DNA from: a bacterium
GTDB taxonomy: Bacteria > Bacteroidota > Ignavibacteria > Kapaibacteriales > Kapaibacteriaceae
DNA: 64,000 nt
Assembly (NCBI GenBank): GCA_036840065.1
Contig: DAITZZ010000007.1
Coordinates: 2,291 to 66,290, forward strand
Direction of reading: 5' to 3'
The notes under the pieces are model-generated. The model was not told the DNA's origin. It saw only the letters and a program-made list of their open reading frames with translations, and made no database searches. Position 1 is the stretch's first letter, and each line of letters begins with the position of its first letter. Both the position numbers and the translations under genes were made by a program. Positions 29,961-38,725 of the stretch are shown piece by piece.

Positions 29961-30134
29961 ATAAAAAGGGAGTCTTGCCCTTTGCATTTCAATAGGTGAC
30001 TGCATATTTTGATGGACGCAGAGGAGTGGGTTAGGCGTTTGCGCCGTACTTGCTCCGCCGCACTGGTACCCCCATACCAGCCAAAGTTGACAGCAAACAA
30101 AACACGTTACGTTCAATTTTCTTGTGGGAATCCC

Positions 30135-33100
30135 ATGAACAGGTTCTACACGGTTCTTTTGAGAGTCTTTGTCCTCGTCGCCATGTTCGGCGCTGGGTCA
30201 GAGCTCTCGGCGCAGTACTGCCGCCCAACGCTTGCTCCGGGCTGGTGGGGCAACGGCATTACCTTCTTCCGATTCGGCTCATTCAGCCGTGCTTCGGCTA
30301 CGTCGGACTTCAACAATCAGTCCGGTTACGAGTACTTTACCACCACGTCGATCACGGCGTTTCGTGGTGTTGCCAACCAAGTAACGGTCAACTCGAACAC
30401 ATTCGGCACGCAGGTTTTCGCCATGTGGATCGATCTGGACCAGGATGGAATCTTCCAGCCGGAAGAGCGCCAGTTCTGTACTGTTTACACGGACTTCGGC
30501 CAGGGAAATGCAAATCTGAACGTTACGTTGAACTGTAGTGCACGTGCAGGACGTACACGCCTTCGCGTCATGCTCCAGACGAACACAGCAACGTGTCCCA
30601 ATGACCCGTGCGTCTTCCCTGGTGCAGTGGGCGGTGAGTGCGAAGATTACAACCTCGATATCATTGGTGGTTTCGTTAGCTCGTTCCCGAACGACACTCC
30701 AGACAGCTCAGCGATCCTTCCGCGCGGCAATATCTATGATGGCTCGACTGCCAATCGGCCGATGCCGAGCGTGAGCATTCGTGCGGGTGCTGCCGGCGCG
30801 CAAACCGTACTTCGCTATCGCATCTTCGGTCCAGCTCCTCTTACGGACACCGTGTACTCTGCAGATTGGACTGCTGTTGCTCCAACGTCGGGAACCTTCC
30901 CGCAGACGTTTACATCTTCCCCAACTGTTGCCACCGGTCGCCTTGCTGGTGCAGGTGCCGCACTAAACACGACCAACGCAGTCGGCGGCGAATACATTCT
31001 GCTTATTCGGTCGGTTCCTACGGGGAACTCCTGTGCCGACGAATACAGTCGTGCGTTCACCATCGCTGTGAATCGCGACATCTCAACTCGACAGTTGCGT
31101 TCACCGACCACCAACGAACCGCCACGAAAGTTTAAGTATCCGAATACAACGCCGATTCCTGTCGAAGCGGTTTTCCAAAACTCAGGACTTGACACTGTTA
31201 AGCAGTTTCAAGGTGTTGTTCGACTGTTTGATCCGAGCGGAAACCAGGAATACATTGATACAGCCTCGATCAATGAGCCAACTGCACCTTCTGTTCGCCT
31301 TACGCAGACATTTGACAATTTCAACCCATTCGCCGGCGGACATCCGGTGGGTCTGCACCGCGGAACTGCTTGTGCGGAACTTATCGATCCATTCCCAGAC
31401 GAGAACACGTTCAACGACTGTCTCCCACGTCCGGGTGCTGCCCCGATTGTGTTTGAAATTGGTTACAATGAAGAGCCTGCCGTTAATTCTGTAACGGTTC
31501 CTGCGCTTACGGCGGCGAGCTACTTGCAGACGCTGATTCAGGGACGCTCTTTCCGTCCAGAAGCGGTGTTTGAGAACAACGGTATCCAGGATCTTTCAAA
31601 CGTACCAGTTCGCCTGATCATCACGCGTCTGCCGAATACGCAGGTGTACAATCAGACTGGTATTGTTCCTGACATCGCAGCTGGTCAGTTCAACAAGGCC
31701 ATCTATACGTTCCCTGCATTTACTCCAACAGAGGGCGGCGAGTATCGCTTCTGTTTCCGTGTGGAGTATCCGGGTGACCCAGTTCCAGGCAACAACGAGC
31801 TGTGCGTTACACGTACGGTCGAGCCCAATCTGAATGGCGTGTACACAATCGGCACGACCGTTACAGGTCCTCGCAACTTCCCGACGATTGATTCCGCGTT
31901 GAATGTTCTCTACTTCCGCGGAGTTAGCGGTCCAGTGACGTTCGAGTTTACTGACGCCACATACACCGTGACGAAGAATGGCGTAACGACACCAGCGATC
32001 GACTTGTCTTCACGCATCATTGGAACGAGTGCAACGAACACAATTACGTTCCGCCCATCTATCGAACGTTCGATTGCCAAGGGTGCGGTAACCATCAACA
32101 TGGTGACCGAATCTGGAGTCGGTGTGCTGTTCGGACAGAATGCAGCACCATCCAACCCTTACGCGATTCAGCGCCAGACGTACTTCTCAAATGCGCAGAA
32201 CGCCAACTCGGCGGGCAACATCACATTTGATGGCGGTCTGCAGAAGGCAATTCGGTTCACAATGAGGAAGAACATCCAGCCTAGCTTCCCTTCACCTTTT
32301 GTGTCCGTGTTCTACCTCTCATCTGGATCGTCAAATATTTCTATCCAGAATGTTCTGGTTGAGAACGCAGCAGGGGTAACTCCTTCATACGCTGACTCTC
32401 TCCCGCAGGTGCAGTTCAATAGCGGATCCAACCAGTTCCGCTTTGAAGGCAACACTCGCGGAACGACGATCTCCTACACAGCGGGTATCACTCAGCGTGA
32501 CACCATCAACCCAGACAACCTCGGCAACCTCGACACGCTGATAAACACCAATAACAAGTTCATTGGAAACGAAATCAATGGGTTTGGCTATGGTATCGTG
32601 TCGATCGGCATTGGTTCGCTGATCAAGGGCGGCATTAATGAATTCCGTCCTTACTACAACACAGGCACGGAAATCCGTAACAACCTGATCTTCAATGTGC
32701 GTCGTGCTGGCATTTTTGCGGCCTACGAAGACGGCGTGCAGATTGTTGGAAACCGTATTTACAATGTTGGTCTTGCAACGGGCGGTAACCCACGCAATGT
32801 TGCCGGTATCATGGCCGGCGGTGAAGCACGATACAACAATATGAACCTGGTCATTGCCCAGAACGAGATCAGCGGAGTCGCTGGTAACACGTGGACTCGT
32901 GGTATCACGGTCGAGCAAGCTCGCAACGAGTACCAGACCGTGACAGGCATGAACAAGGGATTTGGTCCACGTTCTCAAGGCCTGGTGGTGTTCCCGAACA
33001 AGGCAGAGCGTACCTACATTACGAGCAATGCAATTTGGGGGCTTACCCGCGGATCTTCGACGGCAAATCTTGCGGGCGTCCACGTCTACACAACACGCGC

Positions 33101-35639
33101 TACTTCAGCTTCGGTTGCGACGGCCCTTCTCACACCAAACAATGCTTCGTATTTCATGCAGGGCGACTCTATCGTGAACAACACGATCGTGGTCGGTGCC
33201 GATGCATTCGATGGTACAGGAGCACTTGTCGGCATTGGTGTGCAGAACTCCGATGGCCCAGTCATCATGAACAATGCTATTGCCATGAACACGGCCGCCA
33301 ATCCTGGCGCAATTACAAATTCGGCCATCTTCTACCAAGGCACGATCTTCCGTAATGGTCGCGTCAACACGTGGTACCTGCCGAATACGGCTCCAAAGGC
33401 GCTCGTATCTAACAAGAACGCGTTTTGGACTCCAAATGCCGGTATTGGTCGCGTCGTGGAAATCTCACACACGAGCGAAGTTGTAAGTGCTGGTTCTCAG
33501 ACCGAATTCACGACACTGGCACAGTGGAGAAACTGGACGGGTCAGGACATCAACTCACCGTATGGAAACTTCGTCAACGAGCACGAGTTCCGCGGAACAG
33601 CTCCAAACCAGCAACTTCGTGTCCGCATCACTCCGCAGGCCCCGATCGGTTCAATTCTGAACAACAATGGCGAGCGTCTGAGCGGCACCAAGCGTGACAT
33701 TGAAAACGCACTTCGTGGTGAGGCGGGTCTCGGCTACGATATTGGCGCTGATGAATTCAGTGGACGTCTGTATGTAAGCGACCTTGAGGTGATTGACATT
33801 CTCAAGCCAGCCTCGTATCGTGAAGCAGTCGGTCCTAACAGTGATGCAGAATACATCATGACGACGGCTCCTGTTGACGTCACGGCGCGTGTCCGTAACA
33901 ATGGTGCTCTTGCTACAACTCGTTCGCAGGTTCGTGTACGGGTGTACCTCGAAACACCAATGTCGAACAACACGCTGATGAATCCGGCTCAGTATAACAG
34001 CTTCCCGATCGTGGATCGCGTGGTGACGACAAATCTGTCCTCTGGCCAGTCAAAGGACATTCAATTCAACATTCCTTCGTGGTCACCACAGCCATACTTC
34101 GGCATGCCAGGTTACAATGTCCCTGCTCAGTTCTCAACTATGAGCATGAATGTTACACCACGTTACCGTGTCGAAGTAACTGTGAATGCGGACGAGTTCA
34201 ACCCGAACAATGTCTTCTCGAAAGATGTTCGATTCTATGTTCGCCAGTCACAGCTCCGTCTCCTTCTTAGCGTCCGTGGTTCTGCAGTCGACATTCTTAC
34301 AGGCACTCCAGCCGCAAACGATATCGCTGCTCGCCTCAACGCTGACAGTCTTCAGAAGTCTCTGGGTGATCTTGGATATATCGTAGACCCAGCGAGCGGA
34401 CGTTACGACTATGACGTTCTCGACCGTGCTAGCTGGGCACCGCGCTCTGTAGACTATACGATCTACCAGACCATGTTCTGGTCGCACGACCTGAACCCAC
34501 TGACACGTAGCGAACGCGACGATATCCGCAATTATCTCGGTTCCGGTATGGCTGGCATGAAGAAGAACCTCGCGATCTCTTCTGCACGCATCCCATCACT
34601 GCACAATAGCGCATCGATTGTCAGCGACCTGAATTTCGTTCAGAACGCGCTCCGTTGCCAGCTTCGGGCCCCGGGTACTCCGTTTACCCCGAACTACAGC
34701 GGACGCACTATTGATGGTCGTGCGATCGCCCGCGGTAACAGCGAGCTTGTCTCGCGTACTGGTTTCGCTGGAGATCCTGAGCCAACGCCTGCCCTTGTTT
34801 CCATGTTCTCAAGTGGAACGACGTCGGGTGTTGTCAATGCCGCGTATTCGTATCGTCGGAGTGATCGTTCTACAACAGATTCCATCATGGGCACCGCTAC
34901 AGCTGGTCTGACAGCCAACACGGTCTACCTCGGAGTCGACTGGCGTCACTTTGCACGGTCCTCTTCACCAACGGTTCTGCGCACGGGTGTTGAGCGCGTG
35001 GTTCGCGGAATCCTTGACTTCTTCGAGACAAACGGTGGTGGCCTTGTGCCTGTTCAGGTCGCATCGTTCGACGCAAAGGCTCGCGGAAAGAATGTTGATG
35101 TGTTCTGGTCAACATCGAGCGAAACAGGTCTGGATCGCTTTGAAGTTGAGCGTGCCGAACTCACGACTGTCAAGGCTGGCGACATCACAAGCGACGCTAC
35201 GTTCCGCGTGGTTCGCACCGTCAACGCTACCGGAGCATCAACGAGCCGCAAGGATTACTCGATCACCGATCAGAACCTTGCTGCCGGAACATATTCTTAC
35301 CGTCTGACATCGGTCGACAAGGATGGCTCCCGTGCAACGACAAGTGACGTAAACGTGACAATTGACGGCGAAGGTAGTGGTCTGTGGATCTCAACGATCT
35401 CTCCGAATCCAGTTGTCGACGCTTCAACAGTAACATTCGGACTTGCAGAAGCCGGACGTGTTGAGGTTCTTCTTGTCAACACAGCCGGTCAGGAAGTCGC
35501 AACACTTGTCAATGAGACACGTAGCGCAGGATCGCACAACGTTCGCTTCTCTGCTGCGACGATTCCATCTGGTGCTTACACATTGGTTGTACGCAGCAAT
35601 GGTCTGGCAGTCTCAGCTGCCGTCACGGTGACGAAGTAA
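30135..35639 (+). CDS. Giant secreted protein: N-terminal GEVED domain, parallel beta-helix repeats, T9SS C-terminal sorting domain (1834 aa)
   Basis: Signal peptide MNRFYTVLLRVFVLVAMFG..AQ followed by YCRP...GECEDYNLDI (GEVED motif). Beta-helix turns in the NNLIFNVRRAGIF..GNRIYNV region. C-terminus ISPNPVVDASTVTF...VEVLLVNTAGQEVATL...IPSGAYTLVV. The start is set at ATG 30135 so that the signal peptide is N-terminal. Confidence 0.8.
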   Translation: MNRFYTVLLRVFVLVAMFGAGSELSAQYCRPTLAPGWWGNGITFFRFGSFSRASATSDFNNQSGYEYFTTTSITAFRGVANQVTVNSNTFGTQVFAMWIDLDQDGIFQPEERQFCTVYTDFGQGNANLNVTLNCSARAGRTRLRVMLQTNTATCPNDPCVFPGAVGGECEDYNLDIIGGFVSSFPNDTPDSSAILPRGNIYDGSTANRPMPSVSIRAGAAGAQTVLRYRIFGPAPLTDTVYSADWTAVAPTSGTFPQTFTSSPTVATGRLAGAGAALNTTNAVGGEYILLIRSVPTGNSCADEYSRAFTIAVNRDISTRQLRSPTTNEPPRKFKYPNTTPIPVEAVFQNSGLDTVKQFQGVVRLFDPSGNQEYIDTASINEPTAPSVRLTQTFDNFNPFAGGHPVGLHRGTACAELIDPFPDENTFNDCLPRPGAAPIVFEIGYNEEPAVNSVTVPALTAASYLQTLIQGRSFRPEAVFENNGIQDLSNVPVRLIITRLPNTQVYNQTGIVPDIAAGQFNKAIYTFPAFTPTEGGEYRFCFRVEYPGDPVPGNNELCVTRTVEPNLNGVYTIGTTVTGPRNFPTIDSALNVLYFRGVSGPVTFEFTDATYTVTKNGVTTPAIDLSSRIIGTSATNTITFRPSIERSIAKGAVTINMVTESGVGVLFGQNAAPSNPYAIQRQTYFSNAQNANSAGNITFDGGLQKAIRFTMRKNIQPSFPSPFVSVFYLSSGSSNISIQNVLVENAAGVTPSYADSLPQVQFNSGSNQFRFEGNTRGTTISYTAGITQRDTINPDNLGNLDTLINTNNKFIGNEINGFGYGIVSIGIGSLIKGGINEFRPYYNTGTEIRNNLIFNVRRAGIFAAYEDGVQIVGNRIYNVGLATGGNPRNVAGIMAGGEARYNNMNLVIAQNEISGVAGNTWTRGITVEQARNEYQTVTGMNKGFGPRSQGLVVFPNKAERTYITSNAIWGLTRGSSTANLAGVHVYTTRATSASVATALLTPNNASYFMQGDSIVNNTIVVGADAFDGTGALVGIGVQNSDGPVIMNNAIAMNTAANPGAITNSAIFYQGTIFRNGRVNTWYLPNTAPKALVSNKNAFWTPNAGIGRVVEISHTSEVVSAGSQTEFTTLAQWRNWTGQDINSPYGNFVNEHEFRGTAPNQQLRVRITPQAPIGSILNNNGERLSGTKRDIENALRGEAGLGYDIGADEFSGRLYVSDLEVIDILKPASYREAVGPNSDAEYIMTTAPVDVTARVRNNGALATTRSQVRVRVYLETPMSNNTLMNPAQYNSFPIVDRVVTTNLSSGQSKDIQFNIPSWSPQPYFGMPGYNVPAQFSTMSMNVTPRYRVEVTVNADEFNPNNVFSKDVRFYVRQSQLRLLLSVRGSAVDILTGTPAANDIAARLNADSLQKSLGDLGYIVDPASGRYDYDVLDRASWAPRSVDYTIYQTMFWSHDLNPLTRSERDDIRNYLGSGMAGMKKNLAISSARIPSLHNSASIVSDLNFVQNALRCQLRAPGTPFTPNYSGRTIDGRAIARGNSELVSRTGFAGDPEPTPALVSMFSSGTTSGVVNAAYSYRRSDRSTTDSIMGTATAGLTANTVYLGVDWRHFARSSSPTVLRTGVERVVRGILDFFETNGGGLVPVQVASFDAKARGKNVDVFWSTSSETGLDRFEVERAELTTVKAGDITSDATFRVVRTVNATGASTSRKDYSITDQNLAAGTYSYRLTSVDKDGSRATTSDVNVTIDGEGSGLWISTISPNPVVDASTVTFGLAEAGRVEVLLVNTAGQEVATLVNETRSAGSHNVRFSAATIPSGAYTLVVRSNGLAVSAAVTVTK

Positions 35640-35674
35640 GCTTCGTCGTTTCGACGGTACTGTCGAATTCTATC

Positions 35675-35716
35675 AAACGGCTCCCGTGCAGTGCACGGGA
35701 GCCGTTTGTAGTTTTG
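35675..35716 (+). terminator. Rho-independent terminator after the GEVED protein gene
   Basis: A near-perfect ~14-bp hairpin AAACGGCTCCCGTGC / GCACGGGAGCCGTTT, followed by GTAGTTTTGTT. Confidence 0.75.
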
Positions 35717-35733
35717 TTGCACTTGCCCCTTCT

Positions 35734-37389
35734 ATGAAATCGAGATACCTCAGCGCCGCATTGAGCGGTCTTCTGGCTGGACTGGCATATTGTCATTCCT
35801 CTCTGTCCCTTCCGGCTGAGCTTATGCTTGTTGCATTTGTGCCGTTGATGTGGACGTTGTATTCGAACAAAGAAGAGGCAGATCACATGGGTGCTGTTGG
35901 GCCTCTGTACGTCTGCTTCTTTGTGTTTCACGGTGTCTGTAACTGGTGGATCAGTAGCTGGCAGGAGCAGACTGACCCGTACCTCTTCGTGAGTGGAATT
36001 GCCGTGTGGCTGGCCCACCCGTTTCTGCTCATGCTTCCATGGCTGATCCTGGTGTGGCTGTCGAAGCGGCTGTCAAGGACTACCATTGCTGTCCTTGTTC
36101 CTGTCTTCTACACAACTGGCGAGTGGGTCCATGGTCAGACTGATTTTTCGTATCCATGGCTGACAGTTGGGTACTCGATGATCGACATGCCTACGGCCCA
36201 GCTGGCGGAATTTGTCGGGGTATATGGGATCTCATTCGCCGTTATGTCGGTCAATGCCCTCGTCTATGCAGCCATGTTGCATCGTGATTCCAAGGCTAGG
36301 TGGGTTGGCCTGTTGACATTTACCTTGGTGTTCTGGTCCGTCCTGACCGCAGCCGGTTCTATCAAGCGTTTGTCGTCAAGCACGATAGATAGTGGACGTA
36401 TCGTTAGTGTAGAGATCGTACAGCCGAACATCAATCCATGGGACAAGTGGTCAGCCCCCTCCGAGCAGCTTCGCATTCACAAAGAGGTGAGTGACTCATT
36501 GCGAACGGCGGGAGTTCGGGCGGATGTGTCTTTGTGGAGCGAAACGGCGATCCCCTATGTGATTAGGAGTTACCGCTATCTCGTGGACTGGTTGAATGTT
36601 CGCAGGTGGGTCGACACGTCGGGGACGACTCTTGTTACTGGATTTGCCGACATGATGGTGTACCCCGATGGGACCGCGCCACCGTCAGCGCGGTCTTCGG
36701 CTGTGGCTTCTGGGGTGAAGTATGATCATTTCAATGCTGCCATGGTCATCAATCCTGGGCGCGCCGATGTGCCGGTACACCGCAAGACCATGCTGACTCC
36801 CTTTGCCGAGCGTCTTCCTTTTGCCGATCAGCTTTCGTTTGCCATGAGGTGGTTTGAATGGGGGGTTGGCATTTCTGCATGGGGTAAGGGGCTTGAGCGG
36901 GATCCACTGCCGGTGATCAGAAATGGAGATACCATCGCGCGAATTGGCACGATCATCTGCATCGAGTCCATCTATCCTGATGTTGCGCGCGATATGGTCA
37001 ACAATGGGGCTGATGTTCTTGCCGTGATCACGAACGACGCGTGGTACAACGGAACATGGGGTCCGCGTCAACACTACGACATTGCCCGTATGCGCGCGAT
37101 CGAGTTTCGCCGTCCAGTAGTCCGCAGTGCTAACTCCGGTGTTAGCGGAGTTATCAGCGCTGACGGCAGTTCTGAAATGGAACTTCCCACCCTTCGGCGC
37201 ATGGCGGCCATTGGACAGGTGCGGCCAAGCAATGCGCAGACCTTCTATGCCCGACACGGCGACTGGCTTGCGATGGCGTGTGCGATCCTTTCGCTTTTTG
37301 CCGTAGTGATTGCACGATTTACCGCTGTGCTTCGTATTCTTCCGGCCTTTCTTCGACGTCAATCCTCCAACAACCAAGTGGACGCATGA
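35734..37389 (+). CDS. lnt: Apolipoprotein N-acyltransferase
   Basis: N-terminal polytopic region plus a C-terminal CN-hydrolase domain (SLWSETA, ICIESIYPD, ITNDAWY). The start is ATG 35734 inside ORF 35686..37389. Confidence 0.88.
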   Translation: MKSRYLSAALSGLLAGLAYCHSSLSLPAELMLVAFVPLMWTLYSNKEEADHMGAVGPLYVCFFVFHGVCNWWISSWQEQTDPYLFVSGIAVWLAHPFLLMLPWLILVWLSKRLSRTTIAVLVPVFYTTGEWVHGQTDFSYPWLTVGYSMIDMPTAQLAEFVGVYGISFAVMSVNALVYAAMLHRDSKARWVGLLTFTLVFWSVLTAAGSIKRLSSSTIDSGRIVSVEIVQPNINPWDKWSAPSEQLRIHKEVSDSLRTAGVRADVSLWSETAIPYVIRSYRYLVDWLNVRRWVDTSGTTLVTGFADMMVYPDGTAPPSARSSAVASGVKYDHFNAAMVINPGRADVPVHRKTMLTPFAERLPFADQLSFAMRWFEWGVGISAWGKGLERDPLPVIRNGDTIARIGTIICIESIYPDVARDMVNNGADVLAVITNDAWYNGTWGPRQHYDIARMRAIEFRRPVVRSANSGVSGVISADGSSEMELPTLRRMAAIGQVRPSNAQTFYARHGDWLAMACAILSLFAVVIARFTAVLRILPAFLRRQSSNNQVDA

Positions 37390-38720
37390 AACGACCCATA
37401 ATGCATGGAATAGCCGTGCTGACGCTTCTCTGCCTGCAGATTGCCGGCACGCTGGCGCAGTACAAGCCCCTTACCTTTACCGAGTATGACCTGCCAAACG
37501 GGCTGCATGTGATCCTACACGAGGATCACTCGGCACCGGTGGTTGCAACGGTACTACATTACAAGGTCGGCTCGCGGGATGAAGATCCAGCGCGCACGGG
37601 ATTTGCTCACTTTTTTGAGCATCTCATGTTCGAATCGACGGAAAAGATCGAGCGTGCTTCCATCGATAAGATGGTCAACGGGGCGGGGGGTGAGCTGAAC
37701 GCCTTTACGAGCAACGACCAGACGGTCTATCACTTTGTGCTACCGTCCAATCAGGTCCGGCTTGGACTATGGATTGAGGCTCAGCGCATGCGCAAGCTCA
37801 ACGTCAATAGCATCGGGGTCGAAACGCAGCGCGGCGTGGTAAAGGAAGAACGTAAGAACCGTTATGACAATGCTCCCTACGGAGGCTGGCTGGAAAAGGC
37901 GCAAAAGGCGCTCTATGCTGGCACGCCATATGAATGGTCGCCCATCGGATCGGCGCAGCACATCGACAGTGCTACGATCGAGGAGTTCAAGTCATTCTAT
38001 GATCAGTTCTACCAGCCGAACAACGCCATTCTCGTTGTCAGCGGAGACTTTGACGAGAAGCTTGTACGGGAGACCATTGATGCGTACTTCGGCGGTTATC
38101 AGCGTGCTGCGGAGCCCAAGCGACCGGTTGTTGGTACCCTTGAGCCCCTTGCCGGCGAACTCCGCGAGACGGTCAACGACCCGAAGGCGCAGCTTCCGGC
38201 GGTTTTCATGGCCTATCGTTCGATGCCACAGACCGATGCTGATGTCTATGCAGCGGATCTGCTAACGACCATTCTATCCAATGGCGAGTCGTCACGGATG
38301 TATCGGGCGCTGGTCGACAGTGCACAGGTGGCCGTTCAGGCCAGCGTGTCGCTGTTCCCGAGAGAGTATATCGGCATGACCTTCTGCATCGGCATTGTTG
38401 CGCCGGGCAAGAATCCGGCTGACGTGGAGAAGGGGATGGACGCGGAGATCGAGAGGTTGATCGCCGAAGGTGTGAGTGAGGAAGAGCTGACCAAGGCAAA
38501 GAACATCACTGAAATGAGTTTTGTCCAGAGTCGCACGGGCGTCTACCAGAAGGCACTGGCCCTATCGAACGCCTTCCGATTCGATGGTGGTACGGGTGCC
38601 ATCAATGATGAGATGCAGAAGTACATGAAGGTTAACAAGGACGACATCAAGCGCGTGGCCAAGCGGATGTTTGGCGGCAAACAGCGTATTGTTCTCACCT
38701 ATTTGCCCTCGAAAGGATAA
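37386..38720 (+). CDS. M16 (pitrilysin) family zinc peptidase, active subunit
   Basis: Signal peptide. Inverted zinc motif HFFEHLMFE with a downstream E. 444 aa. The ATGA start overlaps the lnt stop. Confidence 0.88.
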   Translation: MKRPIMHGIAVLTLLCLQIAGTLAQYKPLTFTEYDLPNGLHVILHEDHSAPVVATVLHYKVGSRDEDPARTGFAHFFEHLMFESTEKIERASIDKMVNGAGGELNAFTSNDQTVYHFVLPSNQVRLGLWIEAQRMRKLNVNSIGVETQRGVVKEERKNRYDNAPYGGWLEKAQKALYAGTPYEWSPIGSAQHIDSATIEEFKSFYDQFYQPNNAILVVSGDFDEKLVRETIDAYFGGYQRAAEPKRPVVGTLEPLAGELRETVNDPKAQLPAVFMAYRSMPQTDADVYAADLLTTILSNGESSRMYRALVDSAQVAVQASVSLFPREYIGMTFCIGIVAPGKNPADVEKGMDAEIERLIAEGVSEEELTKAKNITEMSFVQSRTGVYQKALALSNAFRFDGGTGAINDEMQKYMKVNKDDIKRVAKRMFGGKQRIVLTYLPSKG

Positions 38721-38725
38721 GGACC

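Noticed and set aside
30009-30134. 42-codon N-terminal extension of the GEVED protein ORF.
   Set aside because: It would bury the obvious signal peptide (MNRFYTVLLRVFVLVAMFG). ATG 30135 is therefore preferred.
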